From: Fimicolochytrium jonesii
Taxonomy: Eukaryota
DNA length: 64,000 nt
Assembly (NCBI RefSeq): GCF_025526975.1
Contig: NW_026515671.1
Coordinates: forward strand, 1,054,001-1,118,000
Direction of reading: 5' to 3'
A program made the position numbers and the translations under genes. Of this stretch, positions 11,564-25,906 are shown piece after piece (positions within the stretch are counted from its first letter, which is position 1; each line of letters opens with the position of its first letter). The notes under the pieces are model-generated. The model was not told where the DNA came from. It did no database searches and worked only from the letters and a program-made list of their open reading frames with translations.

Positions 11564-12044
11564 CGGGTGGTTATACCCGCTTCCGAGCGCACGACGCCCG
11601 GCTGGACGTATGCTAGCATACGTTGTTTTTCTGCCAATTCTTGGCATCATTGTGAGGGACGTTTTTATATCACCATCTTGTTTCGGGGCCCCGGTTTGTA
11701 TGTTGGCCCGATACAACACACTATATTATGTTCATTAGTTTCAAACTCGTTTTCCCCATCTAGAGCCTTGACCCTTGGTACATTTTCGGTTCACTAATAT
11801 AATTTTGGGACTGACTATATGCCAATGCACATTGCGTGTTATCATGTCGAAGGTGTGGCCAATGGAAGATTTAACGGACGGAGATATACAGAATCATTAT
11901 TGCACCTGAGCTCGCCCCACACTAATCACACAGACGCAAAACACGGCTGGAAAGGGAATCTACGTATGTACAAAGTCCTGTGTATGTGCAACATCAGAAA
12001 TGTTCCAGAACCCAGAAAACAGCAGAAAACAGCCGACATCAACA

Positions 12045-14102
12045 TCAAGCCTCGGGCCTATTCAGCACTTTCAGCATCCTCGTCTGTGCACCAAATCATG
12101 GAAAAAAGAAAAGTCAGCAACCGGATGCTAGCACCCATCACGCCCCTTTCCCAAATGCGATGACACCTACCATCTTCTCCTTCCGTTTCCTCACCGTCCG
12201 TTCACTCAACCCCGGCACATACGCCATCCGGCCAAACAGCCACACCACGAAACAGAGCCAGAGGGCGACTGCGCGGTAGTAGAGGGGTGGGGAGGGGAGT
12301 TGGAGGGCGTCGGCTGTTGGCGGCAATCGATGGGGGATGAATCGGTTAGAGACACCATTTTTCTTCGGGGATGTTCCTTACGTGAATGTGAAATGGGACA
12401 ACGTACCCAATGTACCCGACAGAAACCTCCGGGAAATCGAGACGCCCAGCAGATACGACCCGGAGGTAAACTCGGGGGCGTTGGGCGTCGTCTTGGTGGG
12501 TGATGCTGCCGTTGATGTGGAGGTGGCCGCTTTGGCTGTCGTGGGTGCGGCCTTCACTTTTTGGTTCTTGTCTTTGTCGGCCTGAGGCGGCCCGATGGAG
12601 CTGACTTTATCGGCCACGGCTTGGAGGAGGGTGTTGGAGAGGCGGGCGGAGGTTTCGTCGGGTTCGAAGTCTGTGTGTGGTGGATTCACAAAAAAGAAAA
12701 CTCGTCAGCTTGGGAGGCATTGAGGAACCAGGTGTATAGAGAAGGCACTTACACAGCTGGAGATAATCCTTCAAAGCCGAGCAAGTCGTTTCAAACGAAT
12801 ACTGCAACCGAGGTACAAATTCAATAAGCTTGGTCACCCACGACAAAGCGGGGCTGTTGTCAAGTTACGATTGTACCTGGAGAGGGCTATGCTCGTCCAT
12901 GACGCCGATCAAGTACCCGACGTATCGCCATACGTGCGTGTAGTCGTCGCGCTCCTGTGGGGTTAGGTAGGTCCAGAGGTGAGCTAGCCCGACGACGACG
13001 GAGGCTTGGAAGCCTAGGAGGGTGCCGATCTGATAAGAAACACCCCATATCAGCAAAGCGTTCCGTATGGGGACCAACTGAACAGGCAAACGAACCAAAT
13101 CCGTCTGAGCAATAGCCATAGCCCCGCCAAACTCCTCGCTGATATCATCCACCGACCCGCCGGTCGCCTCGGCCTGCCGTTTCCGCATCGCCATCCGATC
13201 CGCTTGTTTCTCGCGGACGGAGCAGTGCAGGAACCGCACGCCGACGACGGCTTTCCAGCCTTGGGAGTTGGGTGCGAGGCCGTGTTGCATTACGTCGTTT
13301 ATCATCTGTGGGGGACGATGGGATGTTAGATTCCAGATTGGGAGCGGGGGGGATGGAACGGTCGACAGCGGGGAGAGGAGAACGCAATAGATGTACCTCC
13401 GCAGTCTCCATCAACCGGCGATTGACATGCTTGGCGTGCGACAAGTACCCGGTCTGCACCAACACCTCGTTCACGCGCGGGATCGAGAACCCGCCGGCAA
13501 GACTCCCGTACAGCAACACGATCTGGATCCCGCTCAAGTTGCGCCAGTAGACTTCCCGGCCCCTACACACAAACCGCAAATCAGAATCAGCTTTCAAAAT
13601 CCCTCCACATCCCCATCGTTACGCGAACATATCTCCCCCTCCCTCACACGCACCTCTCCAAACTCGCCCAATCCACCCACGAGGGTACCGTCTCCACCTC
13701 CGCCAACAACCTCCGTTCCGCGTCGGTACACACCCCCGCGTCCCTCCGTTCCAAAACCTCTTCGAAAATCTTATACGAGCTCGGGGGTTGTTTCCCCTCC
13801 GCGCGGTACTCCGCCATCAGGGCATCGTACGCGTCGTCGGCTACGGGGTCTCCGATTTTGAGGAGCGAATGGAGGTCGACCGGGTTGGGCGGGATGCTGG
13901 CGAGGTTGAGGCCGCCGTAGAAGCTCTCATAGTCGAACCATTGGATTGGGGGGGTCGTCGGGACGGCGTGGTCTGGGAGGGGCGGGGTGGAGGTGCGGGA
14001 CATGGGGCAGCCGGTGGATTCAGCGGCTGCGAGGTGACGCTGGCGGACGCCGGAGAAGGGGCAGGTGCCCGGTGCCTCAGCGGCGGTTGTGTCGACTGTC
14101 AT
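12045..14102 (-). CDS. DUF2236 / MpaB-like ER-bound oxygenase (latex-clearing protein family)
   Basis: Multi-exon model from ATG 14102 to TGA 12047-12045. Motifs GDPVADD, VPSWVDW, SLAGGFS, TGYL, RRLMET, VRFLHCSVR, HVWRYVGYLIGV, plus a C-terminal hydrophobic helix. Canonical GT-AG introns restore the frame. Confidence 0.85.
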
Positions 14103-15104
14103 TTTTTTGTGGTGTTTGACCGTCGAACTGGCTTTTTCCGGACTTCCAAATGCTTCTGCCAGTGGCGGGTATCCTTAAGAAGTGATCCAAGCAAACACTA
14201 TTCGCTTCGCTGGTTTTCACGACAGAACTGACATATATTGCATTAGGAAAGGCCGGCCAACGTCCTTCTGTCCTTTTGTACCATCCCTCCAAAAACCCTC
14301 CACATCCATATTTCCAAATTTTCCACGCATGTCGAAAAATCCCCACTTTCCCAAATTGATCGCCAACTTGCGTTCATTTCCCAATACGCCTCTCTCCCGA
14401 CATGTCGGTTACGTGGCGGTGGCAAACAACTCGATAGTTTTCCTCGTTTGTGCCGTGGATAGGGGTTGGTGCGAACTCGAGGACGACAATAGGGGTGGAT
14501 TGGCTGGGGGATTTCGCACATGCCGGCGATGTCGGGTGATGGTCCCTTATGGAGGAATGTGAGCTTGTTTTCCCTCCTTTGCATGTGTGTTTCCGCCGTC
14601 ATCAGGTCTGCAAATATCATAGGTTTTGGTTGACTCCTGCTTGAGCAACATTATGACGATCCGTGGCGGACGGCCGGCTTTTGTCCTCGACGGTCGGAAG
14701 CAATCTGACGACGGAAGTCCGCGGCCGTCTCACGAAGGACCTCACGAGGGGGAAAGTTGGCGTGCTTGACCCGTCAGAAGGGGGACATTGTGGGACTGAT
14801 CTTCCGCGCTGTCGTAATCATGCGCGCATGTCGGACTTGGTCCCTGGAACACAAATGGGCGATGTTCATTTCATTGGGCGATCCCCAACGGGCGAAACAT
14901 TCTCATGCTGTATTCAAGAGAAGCTTCCACCTGGATTGTAACGGTGTCCACCGAATCAGCCCGTGCACTAACACTACGGGGCTTATTCAGCTGACCTAAT
15001 ATTTAAAGTGCGTAGGACCAGAGGAGGAGGCACGGTGGAGAAGCCTTTACGCAAACCGCCTTTCCTTAAAAATATCCTCTTTCCCCTGCGATCGCTCCCA
15101 TCCC

Positions 15105-17797
15105 TCATTCCGCATCCTTCACCATTCCCTCCTCACTCCCCTTCACACCCCCTTCGAACCCCCTCATCCCCTCTCTCACAACCGCCCAAGCAACCTTCCC
15201 CACACAAAGCGTATCCCCCCTACGTCCATGCCCCCTCCTCAACCGCCGAAACTCGCCTCCCAACTCCTCACACACCCCCAGACTCTCCCCACTCACAAAA
15301 TCCAGCGCAATCTTGACACAATCCGCCGCGTTCGCCACCTGGTGCGCAAACCCGGCGGGGATGAACACCGTGTCCCCCGGGAGCTGGTGGATCCGGATGG
15401 GCGTGATGCCGTGGCGGGTGGAGAGGGCGTGCAGGTGGTGGGGGTGGAGGAAGAAGGTTTGGTCGTGGATGGGGTCGTCGATTTTGTGCGGCGTGAGGAG
15501 GTCGGTGTGGAAATGGGCGGGGGTGGTGGGGGGGAGGGGTTCGAGGTGGTAGGAGGAGCGGAGGTAGTGGCGGAGGGTGGGGAGGGAGGTGGGCGGGAAG
15601 AGGTCCCAGATGGCGCCGTCGTATTGTGGGTCTGGGGTGGTGTTGTTTTCGGAGTTATCGGGTTTGGTGGCGTGGCGTTGAGACCAGACCATGACGTTTG
15701 CGGCATCGGCGACGTCGAGATGGAGGCGGGTGGTTGGGCCGAGTTGGTTGGGTAGGTATCCGTAGGCGGCGTACATCTTGGGGCCAAGATCTGGTGGCAC
15801 GTCTTGGGCAGGGATAAGACCTGCGAGATTGTATGCGCCGGTGGGGTGGGTATATTCGGGCATGGGAATGAGATTCAGGAATTTGGTGTAGAGCTCGGGA
15901 AGTTTGGTGCGGAAATGGGTGTCGGTTGGCCAATCCTATATGTGAAAGATTTGGATCAGGAAGACATGCTACAGCACAAATCTCCGCGCCGGTCATAAGG
16001 ACAGGTCGAGCATCGACACCAACCTTGAGTTTAGAAATCGGCCTCTCTTTTTCCCCTTCCGCTCTCCCTCCAAACCCCTCAAAAAACCTCCCCAACTCCT
16101 GCTCTCTCGCAACCTCACCCGTCACACAATCCACAATCGACGCCGTATCCTCCCCAGCCGCCCTCGCAAACGCCTTTGGAGACCAGACAGACTCTTCTCC
16201 TCCGAGCGGTTCACCCACGCCGCGAACGATGATCGCTTTCCGGCGTCGCCAGTGCTTTTGGAAGAGGTCGCGGGTGAGCTGGGAAAAGGGGATGATGACG
16301 ACGTCGGGGTGGGGGGTGTCGATGAGGGTTGTTGCGAATGTGGAGGCGTCGGTTGAGGGAGTTGAGGTGGCGTCAGATTGGGTTGGTGCTGAAGTGTCTA
16401 GGGCATGGTCGATCGGCGCTTGCGCTGGTCCAGACTCTGGAGCACTGCTGTCGGCGACGCTGCCAAACCCATCTTCTAACTTCTCACGGTCCGCATCCTC
16501 AAGCCCAGTATCTATCATACTCACCCAACTCTTAGCATGCCCTATCTGCTCCCTCGTCAATCTACTGACTGTCACAAAAGACCCAGGTGTATGCAAATAT
16601 TGGCGCGCACAGCGATGCAGGGGATCATGTGATGAAATCCCTGCCAGCTGCGTCGCTGCCTCTGTCTCGACCGCTTCCATATCCGTGCCTTGGCCCCAGC
16701 CTTCTTCGACACATTGTACGCAAATATCCCTTCCACACTCCGTGCATAAGTAGTAAACCTGATCGATAGAGTAAGAGGTTTGAGTGTGCAGCATCAAAGA
16801 GGGTCCAACTCGAGTGCGATTCACCTACGTTGTATATCCCTGTTTCACAGACATCGCACACTTGCCGGGTGAAAGGCTCTGCTTGCTTGATGCAGTACGC
16901 AAGTGATCCCCTTTCCTGAGCGTCAACCTCTCTTTTCCTCAGGTGCTTCAAGTCCCTATCGACGCTTTCCAAGAACGGGGTGCGCATCAGTCTGAGATTA
17001 TACCGCATTGTATCGGACAGACTCTCCCACGCTTCCGATCGGGTAGAGTCCGACTGCTTCAAGAGGGGTATCTCGTCAGACGGAACGTCCGATAGAAACA
17101 CGACCTTCTCAGAACCGGTGTCTGGATCCTTTTTGAATGCTCTCACACCCTTGAATCTGCATGTCGGTCGATTCTTACAAATACACGGCGCGCACGGCGA
17201 CACGGGCTTCCAACGCGCGGTCAGACAACCGCTGGCTTGGATTTCCAAGTTTGGCTCACTGAGACGAACGATTTCGATGGGTTCCACTACACGGCTCTTT
17301 AGTCTTTTCACTGGTTTGGGGTGCCGAGCACGCAGCTGTCTCGTTGGTATGGGTTTCAGGGTTGCATGCGGTTTTGCTGTAGTAGTTATTGGGTTGACTT
17401 TTATCGGCGTGATATCATTTGAGGGAACGAGTTCGCCGCCGTTCGTCTGTTTCCCTTTAGATTTCTGACTACCAAGTGTCTCTTCACTGGTTTGTGTACT
17501 ATGAAAGTCCGAGGCTTCGGAATCTTGAGTCGCCTCCCATTCGGATCGGTCTTGAGATCCTTGAGATTCGCCGTTGATACCCCCGGACGCCACAGCCGTC
17601 GCTGTCCCTACAGGCCCGTTCTCCTCTAACCGCGCCTTCTTCGACGCCGGTCGCCGCAGACTGGTTTCTTCGTCCGTTGGAGCGCCGTTCTGAGCGTTTA
17701 TGTCCGCTGCATCTCGTGCCCTCTTTTGCGCCTTTATGCCGAGGTCCAGTGCCATAGTGGCCTTGATATTGCTGACTTCCGCTGGTGGCAACGTCAT
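15105..17797 (-). CDS. JmjC-domain histone demethylase, KDM3/JHDM2-like, with a Cys-rich zinc finger; start uncertain
   Basis: Cys clusters CAPCICK...CRF, CDVCETGIYN|VYYLCTECGRDICVQC; KLK|DWP; LGPKMYAAY; Fe ligands TRLHLD and IPAGFAHQV; IALDFVS. The frame stays open about 70 nt upstream of 17797 to a TAG that could be a splice acceptor. Confidence 0.88.
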
Positions 17798-18184
17798 GGT
17801 GTGAAAACGATCTCTGACCCGCCCGTTCTTCAGAAACAGCCTCCTCCAAAAGCGCAGAGTTTCTTGCTATGGCATCCAGTTGAGCTGGTATGGGATAGCT
17901 CGCATGCAAAAGGACAAGGGTTGTAGTAGTGATTGGTGTTGGGTCGTTGTGCAAGATTGTTTCCGGTTGGTTTACGATGATGTCCTTTTCCCCGGGTGGA
18001 GACGAGCATGGGAAAGCCAACCTGGCGCGTTTGGGGAGTTCGAGAGGGGGAGCAGCGCCACTCCTGCGCCACTATCAGAGTCACTCTGAGTCACTGACAC
18101 GCAAGCGCGCGTGCTGTCGAAAGTGGAGACCCTTGCGCCAAACCGGGGGGGAGAGTGAGTGGACCCCTTCACGAGGCAATGGTT

Positions 18185-18443
18185 CCCCCCCCCCCCCCCC
18201 CCACAACTGGGCTACAAAACTCTTCACTCTCGCTCTCTTTTCTTCCTTCTCTTCTGTTCGGTCGGCTTCGGTCGGGTAGGTTGGGAAAAGCTTCTCTCTC
18301 AGGATCTTCGCATAGGCCGCCAGCGTTGAGGCTGCCCGCCTGCGACTGTCACTTTTCGACAGCTCAGTCATTTTGCTCCCACCACCAAGTTTCTCACGGC
18401 CGGCCGGAAACGACCTCACATCCCCCCCCCCCCCCCCCCCCCC
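18185..18443. repeat. Two long poly(C) tracts in the divergent JmjC/helicase intergenic region
   Basis: C18 at 18185-18202 and C22 at 18422-18443. Confidence 0.9.
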
Positions 18444-18525
18444 AAACACTCCCGTAAAGGCTCTAGCTGTGGGACGAGATACAGAAGCCATCCACCAAAA
18501 GGAAAACACATACCATATACCTCCC

Positions 18526-20733
<2,208 letters not shown>

Positions 20734-23140
20734 ACGGTATATATCGGCGTATCAGCTCCGTCCCCCTCTCGTTGCATGGTGCTCATGAGCCGGCAACAGT
20801 TCGAAGCTCATCAAGCGCACGCCATGCCCATAGATTGATTTCCCCCTTGAACAGTTAGCTATATATGCCTTTCCTAGTTCGTACCCTTGATGGCGTACTT
20901 GTCCCTTCAAATATATATATGGCACTTGTGCATTTTCGTTGTCTATCTACTCCGCTCCGCTGGAACAGTGTCTCCAGCGTCGAGTCTCACTGTTGGTTCA
21001 TGCTCCACTGAAAACGCGTCGCGAAGACGCTGTCAACTTCCTGTCATTCCTTGCTACACGAAAAATTCACCCGTCGAGCTCGTTCATCAGTTCCACTGCA
21101 ACTGCTAAACCAAAGTCGCGTGTCTCACAAGAAAAAATGACCTCTCCAGACCCTTCCTCCCTCCCCTCGCAGCTCCTCACGTCACCCAACGCATGTCAAG
21201 CAGCTCCGTCGCCGTCGCCCTGGAAGATGGGCGTGGGAATGTGGCTGCCCTGGCAATTCAAAGAAATGATTATGGTGCTGGGTACACAGGGGAAGCCGTC
21301 TGTGTGTCGATACCTTTCCCAGCAGCTTTTCACAACGCCTATTTTCCAGCTATCAACCCCTTTACAATGGCCGAGGCAAACTACTACTACGATCGCGACC
21401 CTCGTAAATCAAATTGGAGAAGAACTCGCACCCTCTTGGCTGGTTATTTGCAAGGCGTTGGATTGGGCGACTCCGAGCTATTCACCTACCGTACACTGTC
21501 GCAGTGGCGCAAAAATCCTTGCGTACGCCAGCAGGAACAATGGCGGGGCTCGGCTGCCTGCTAGGGTTGCTCACGGTCGTCCCACAACGGGCCATTCTGC
21601 CCAAATGCGAGTACTATGTTAGGGCAGATTTGCGCGAGCGGCCGCTCTGGAGTTCGCTGGGTCAGATCGAGAATGCCTTCATCTCGGCATTGGCGTCCGA
21701 TGTGGCCTTGAGAGGGGTCAGACCGCCTGAGCTCGCCGCGTTTTTTCATTCATTTCGGGGGCAGTCCCCTTTCTCGAGGGGTGCCCCAAAGCAGCATCGT
21801 TGCTCAACGAAATCGGGGGCCTTGGGGGTGGAAATGGCGACCGAGGTTGGACGCGGTTATGAGCCATTATGGATGATTCCCCATCATGCCTGGCCGACCG
21901 GCAGGAGAAGACGGCGTTTTGGCTCTGCTGTCAGGGCCGACTGGCCCGCGAGGCTGCTGAACCTTCATATGCGACCGCTTGATAACCTGAAAGTTTTTTC
22001 GAGCCGGAAGTTGCTCGACGTACGTCCAATCTGAACGACATATGCTAGTTCCTGCGGGGGGACCGTCGACTTTGACGTGGATCGTGGACATGGGGTTCGA
22101 GTTTGGCACTGCTTCATGGTCACTGATACCTCACAGACGACTTGTCTTGGGGCATACCGCTCTCTTGTCTCGTTATGGGATGCGCGCGGTTCGCAGGACT
22201 CGCAAGCCATGGTAGTCCTGCCTCTGCGAAGTCAGCTCTATATCAGTCACCGTAGTGACCGTCTAGTGATGACGGCCAGATATCCAGACACTTAATGTCA
22301 TATCGATCGATCTTGATATGATATCTCGACCACACTGTGTCAAATCAGATGGGCCTAATTCGATGCGTCTCTGTGATTATCGCCGAAAATATTTAGTAGC
22401 ACCAGGTCGGAAGAAGATTCCTGGTTATCCGTGATACATCTGCTTCCGGCTCCATGCTGCAGCAACGACACGTGCTCTCAACTTCACCACGGAAAAGACA
22501 ACGGAGGATGCACAACATGGGACGAAGGCGAAACATCTCCGCTTAACGGGCTTCAAAAACTTCCGCCCGTCATACAGTACATCCTGCTGCGAGTCTGAGA
22601 CCGACGCACGGGGCCTGTCGTCCCTCAATTGTAGCAAGCAGGATACGGCTAGGAGGTTTTCTCACCCCGGGCTGCTCCCTTAACCAGTGACGGGCACATT
22701 CTGTCAATGCAAACAATCGCGAACAATCGGTCTTTACGTAAGCTGCCTCCGACACCACCCCCGTTAAATTCCTCACAGAGTTTCACGCCCCCTCTTGAAT
22801 CCATCCCTTTTTCGAAGTTCTTCAGACATTTCCGGGTTCCGAGTCAGAAACCTAGCAGACGAGCGATCGAAAGGTCCGACATGTTACCCGGCCTGCGTCT
22901 GGGCCATCCGGCTCCGATTGTCGGGACGGAACCTGATTGTTCGGCACTTGGAAACATCCGCTTAATTGCGGGGGTCAAACCCGGTCGGAGAACGGAGGTA
23001 CTGACGGGATGCTGCTGTCAACTCGGAGGGGATCCATTGGATTCCATCTCAGAGACAGCTTGAGCAGCAGGTGCGTTTTACATTTGCGTGATACATTCTT
23101 GCTTCGATTTTTGGATTGGACGGGGTACCTGCCAAGAAAA

Positions 23141-23147
23141 TATAAAA
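23141..23147 (+). promoter_or_regulatory. TATA box
   Basis: TATAAAA about 150 bp before ATG 23292. Confidence 0.55.
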
Positions 23148-23291
23148 GCCAAGACCGGAGTTCTCCCATCTCCTCATCCATCAAACCAACAAGCCAATCA
23201 ACCACAAACAAAGACGTCACAGCAACTCGTTTCCAGTTTCCGCTTCCGATCCCGAACACGACACACAAACACTCATCCGGAAAAGCTTACA

Positions 23292-24931
23292 ATGCAATTA
23301 AGGCACTCGGTAGTCCTCGCCGTGCTCGCGGCCTTCATGGCCACGGCAACCACGGGGGCACCATTAGCAGGCCTCATCGCCGCACGCGCTGAAGCAGCAA
23401 GTCCAGAACTGACCGCCGCCCGCGCCGGTGTCACCAGGTCGCTTGGTGAAGCATTCAAAGGGGTCAGCGCAATCAAGGCTGCCGGTGGCAATGTCGACTC
23501 ATTGAACGCTGCTTTCGCTGAGGTATGTGGAAAAAAGGGTCATTCCAATATTGCTCGAAGGGCAGCGCACTAAAGATCATCCTTCCATCCTCTCATTCCC
23601 AGATCGGTGCCGCGATTCAACGGATCGGGCAAGCGGTCCAAACCGGCGCTGCTCCGAGCGTGCAGGACCAGCTCCTGACTGCGGACGGAACCAACAAGGC
23701 CAAGGCCGCCGCCGATGCCATCGTCGCGTCCGCCGGCGGAAACGCGGCCCTCCTCGCGGCCGCGCAGAAGGTGCAAAGATCGTTGACCGACGCGGTGCAG
23801 TTTGAGGCGAGCGTCGTCAGCAACTTGCCTGCCGATGCCAAGGCGAAACTGGAGACTGCCGCTCAGGGTGCCGTCGCTGCGAGCGCAACTCAGAAGGTCG
23901 ATGTCCAGATCGTCCAAGCCACCGTGACCGCACAAGCCGAGGGGGCCCAGAACACTGAGGCCACAAAGCAGGCAGAAGAGGCAAAGAAAGCCGAAGAAGA
24001 AAAGAAGAAGGCCGAAGAGGAGAAAAAGAAAGTGGAAGAGGAAGCGAAGAAGGTCGAAGAGGAAAAGAAAAAAGCCGAAGAAGCGAAGAAAGTCGAAGAG
24101 GAAAAGAAGAAGGCTGAAGAGGAGAAGAAGAAGGTCGAAGAGGACAAGAAGAAAGCCGAGGAGGACAAGAAGAAAGCCGAGGAGAACAAGAAGAAAGCCG
24201 AGGAGAAGAAAGCTGAACAAGAAAAGAAGAAAGCCGAAATAAAAAAGAAGATCGAGGAAAAGAAAGCCGAAATCAAGAAGAAGCAAGCGGAAGCCAAAGC
24301 GGCCAAGGAAGCAAAGAGAGCAGCCAAACTCGACAAGGCGCGCGCGGGAGTCGTCAAGTCCCTCGACAACGCCGTCAAAGGCGTCGACGCAGTCACCCAA
24401 GCCGGCGGAAACACCACAACTCTGATTTCCGACCTCAAGGAAGCGACCGACGCCAACTCCCGCATTGGCGAACAGATCAAGGCCAACAAGGGGATCAACG
24501 CGCAAGACCAGCTTCAGAGCGCCGCCGGGACCCGCAAAGCAAAGTCCGAGATTGACCGGATTGTCAGAGGCGCACCGTCCAACTCAACCCTGAAGGCCTC
24601 TGCAAAGACCGTGCAGAAGGAGCTCAGGAACGCGTTGAAGTTCGACCTCGCGGTCGGCGAGAACTTGCCCGCTGATGCTAAGAAGAAGCTGCAGGAGGCC
24701 GTGAAGGCCGCCGGGGGAAAGAAGAACGGTGGAAACAAGCGCAACGGCAAAGGAAAGGGTAAGGGCAAAGGCAAAGGTAGGAAGGGAAATAAGCAGCAAA
24801 ACAAGAACAACAACACCGCTGCTACCGCCACTGCCGCTTCTACCACAGCCGCCGCTGCCGAGGCAACCGTCGCCGCCGAGGCATCCGCTACCTCCACGAC
24901 CGCTTCGGTTCCAGCCGTCCAGACCGTTTAG
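23292..24931 (+). CDS. Secreted protein with two homologous helical domains flanking an (A/V)EEEKKK charged repeat
   Basis: ATG 23292 with signal peptide MQLRHSVVLAVLAAFMATATTG; phase-0 intron 23523-23602 (GTATGT...CAG); long biased-codon exon to TAG 24931. Confidence 0.88.
23960..24325 (+). repeat. Coding ~21-bp (heptad) repeat encoding (A/V)EE(E/D)KKK
   Basis: gccgaagaagaaaagaagaag-like units; purine-rich. Confidence 0.9.
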
Positions 24932-25827
24932 ACGCAACCCACTTCACCTGCCAATATAGCCCCGTCGTCGAACGCCGAAGGGGCATGGTAGTCACTGTTT
25001 CCCCCTCTGACTGCCTTTCTAGATGCACATAGACAGACAGACAGACAGAATCGTATATAGCCTTGTATAGAAAACCTCCCTCCCTCCGAAATGTACATAC
25101 ATACACTTGTGCTCTCTTTGTCAAATTGGTACCGAGTTTTTTTTTGGAAAAAGCGGAACAGTGCGAACCTCGAATGTCCAGAGGAGCTCGAATGGGGACG
25201 GAGCTACCCTAATTTGGTTCAGAACTGGAGATGGGTCTTCCGCAATTGCGAAAGAGATGCTTCCGTCTGTGTGCTCAAACCTCGCAAGATCCTTCCAAAA
25301 ACCGAAAAGTTAAATGCATTGAATCGTCAACGCGTCAATTCACGTGACTGTCTTGGATGTTCAAACGCGTTTCGCCTTGTTTGGAGTTGGATTGTCCCGT
25401 CGTTTCTCAAAAACAATCATCAAAACAATTCAAGATATCCTGAAACACCTCGGATGCGGCCAAGAAAATAAACCCCTTCCGGCACGATGCGGCCAAGATT
25501 TTTTTATAACATTTGGGCAAGGTTGGGTGTGAGTTGCGTCTCGTTGAAAGTCGGAACCAGCGAGATACGCTTGGCACTCGGGCCCAGAACCCCGGCACAT
25601 CGATATGCGTTGGTTGGCTGCACTCGTCGCCCGGAATGAGGGCCCGCCTTTCCTGTGGGATGGGTTGGTAAATGTTTCGGAGGGGATTGTATACGCTTCT
25701 CTTCACCGACGGACCCGCCTAACGGGAGTTCTGTACCGGAAGGAAAACCTCGCCGAGAAGCGTTGCCGTTGTTGGGATGCCGTTTTGTTGGTGGCGGGAA
25801 AGAGAGTGTACCTCACCGGATGCAACG

Positions 25828-25834
25828 TATAAAA
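25828..25834 (+). promoter_or_regulatory. TATA box
   Basis: TATAAAA about 80 bp before ATG 25907. Confidence 0.6.
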
Positions 25835-25906
25835 GGCGAGCGTATGTTCGAGATCACCAACATCCCACCCCTCTTTGGAACAACCACCCGCACAAGAACA
25901 TCAGCC

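Noticed and set aside
20887..22034. Overlapping plus-strand ORFs (73, 227, 123 and 206 aa) downstream of the helicase
   Set aside because: No recognisable family and no consistent splice model; left unresolved pending RNA-seq or tBLASTx.
22090..22110. GGTTCGAG resembling a tRNA T-loop
   Set aside because: No T-stem closure or cloverleaf in the flanking sequence.
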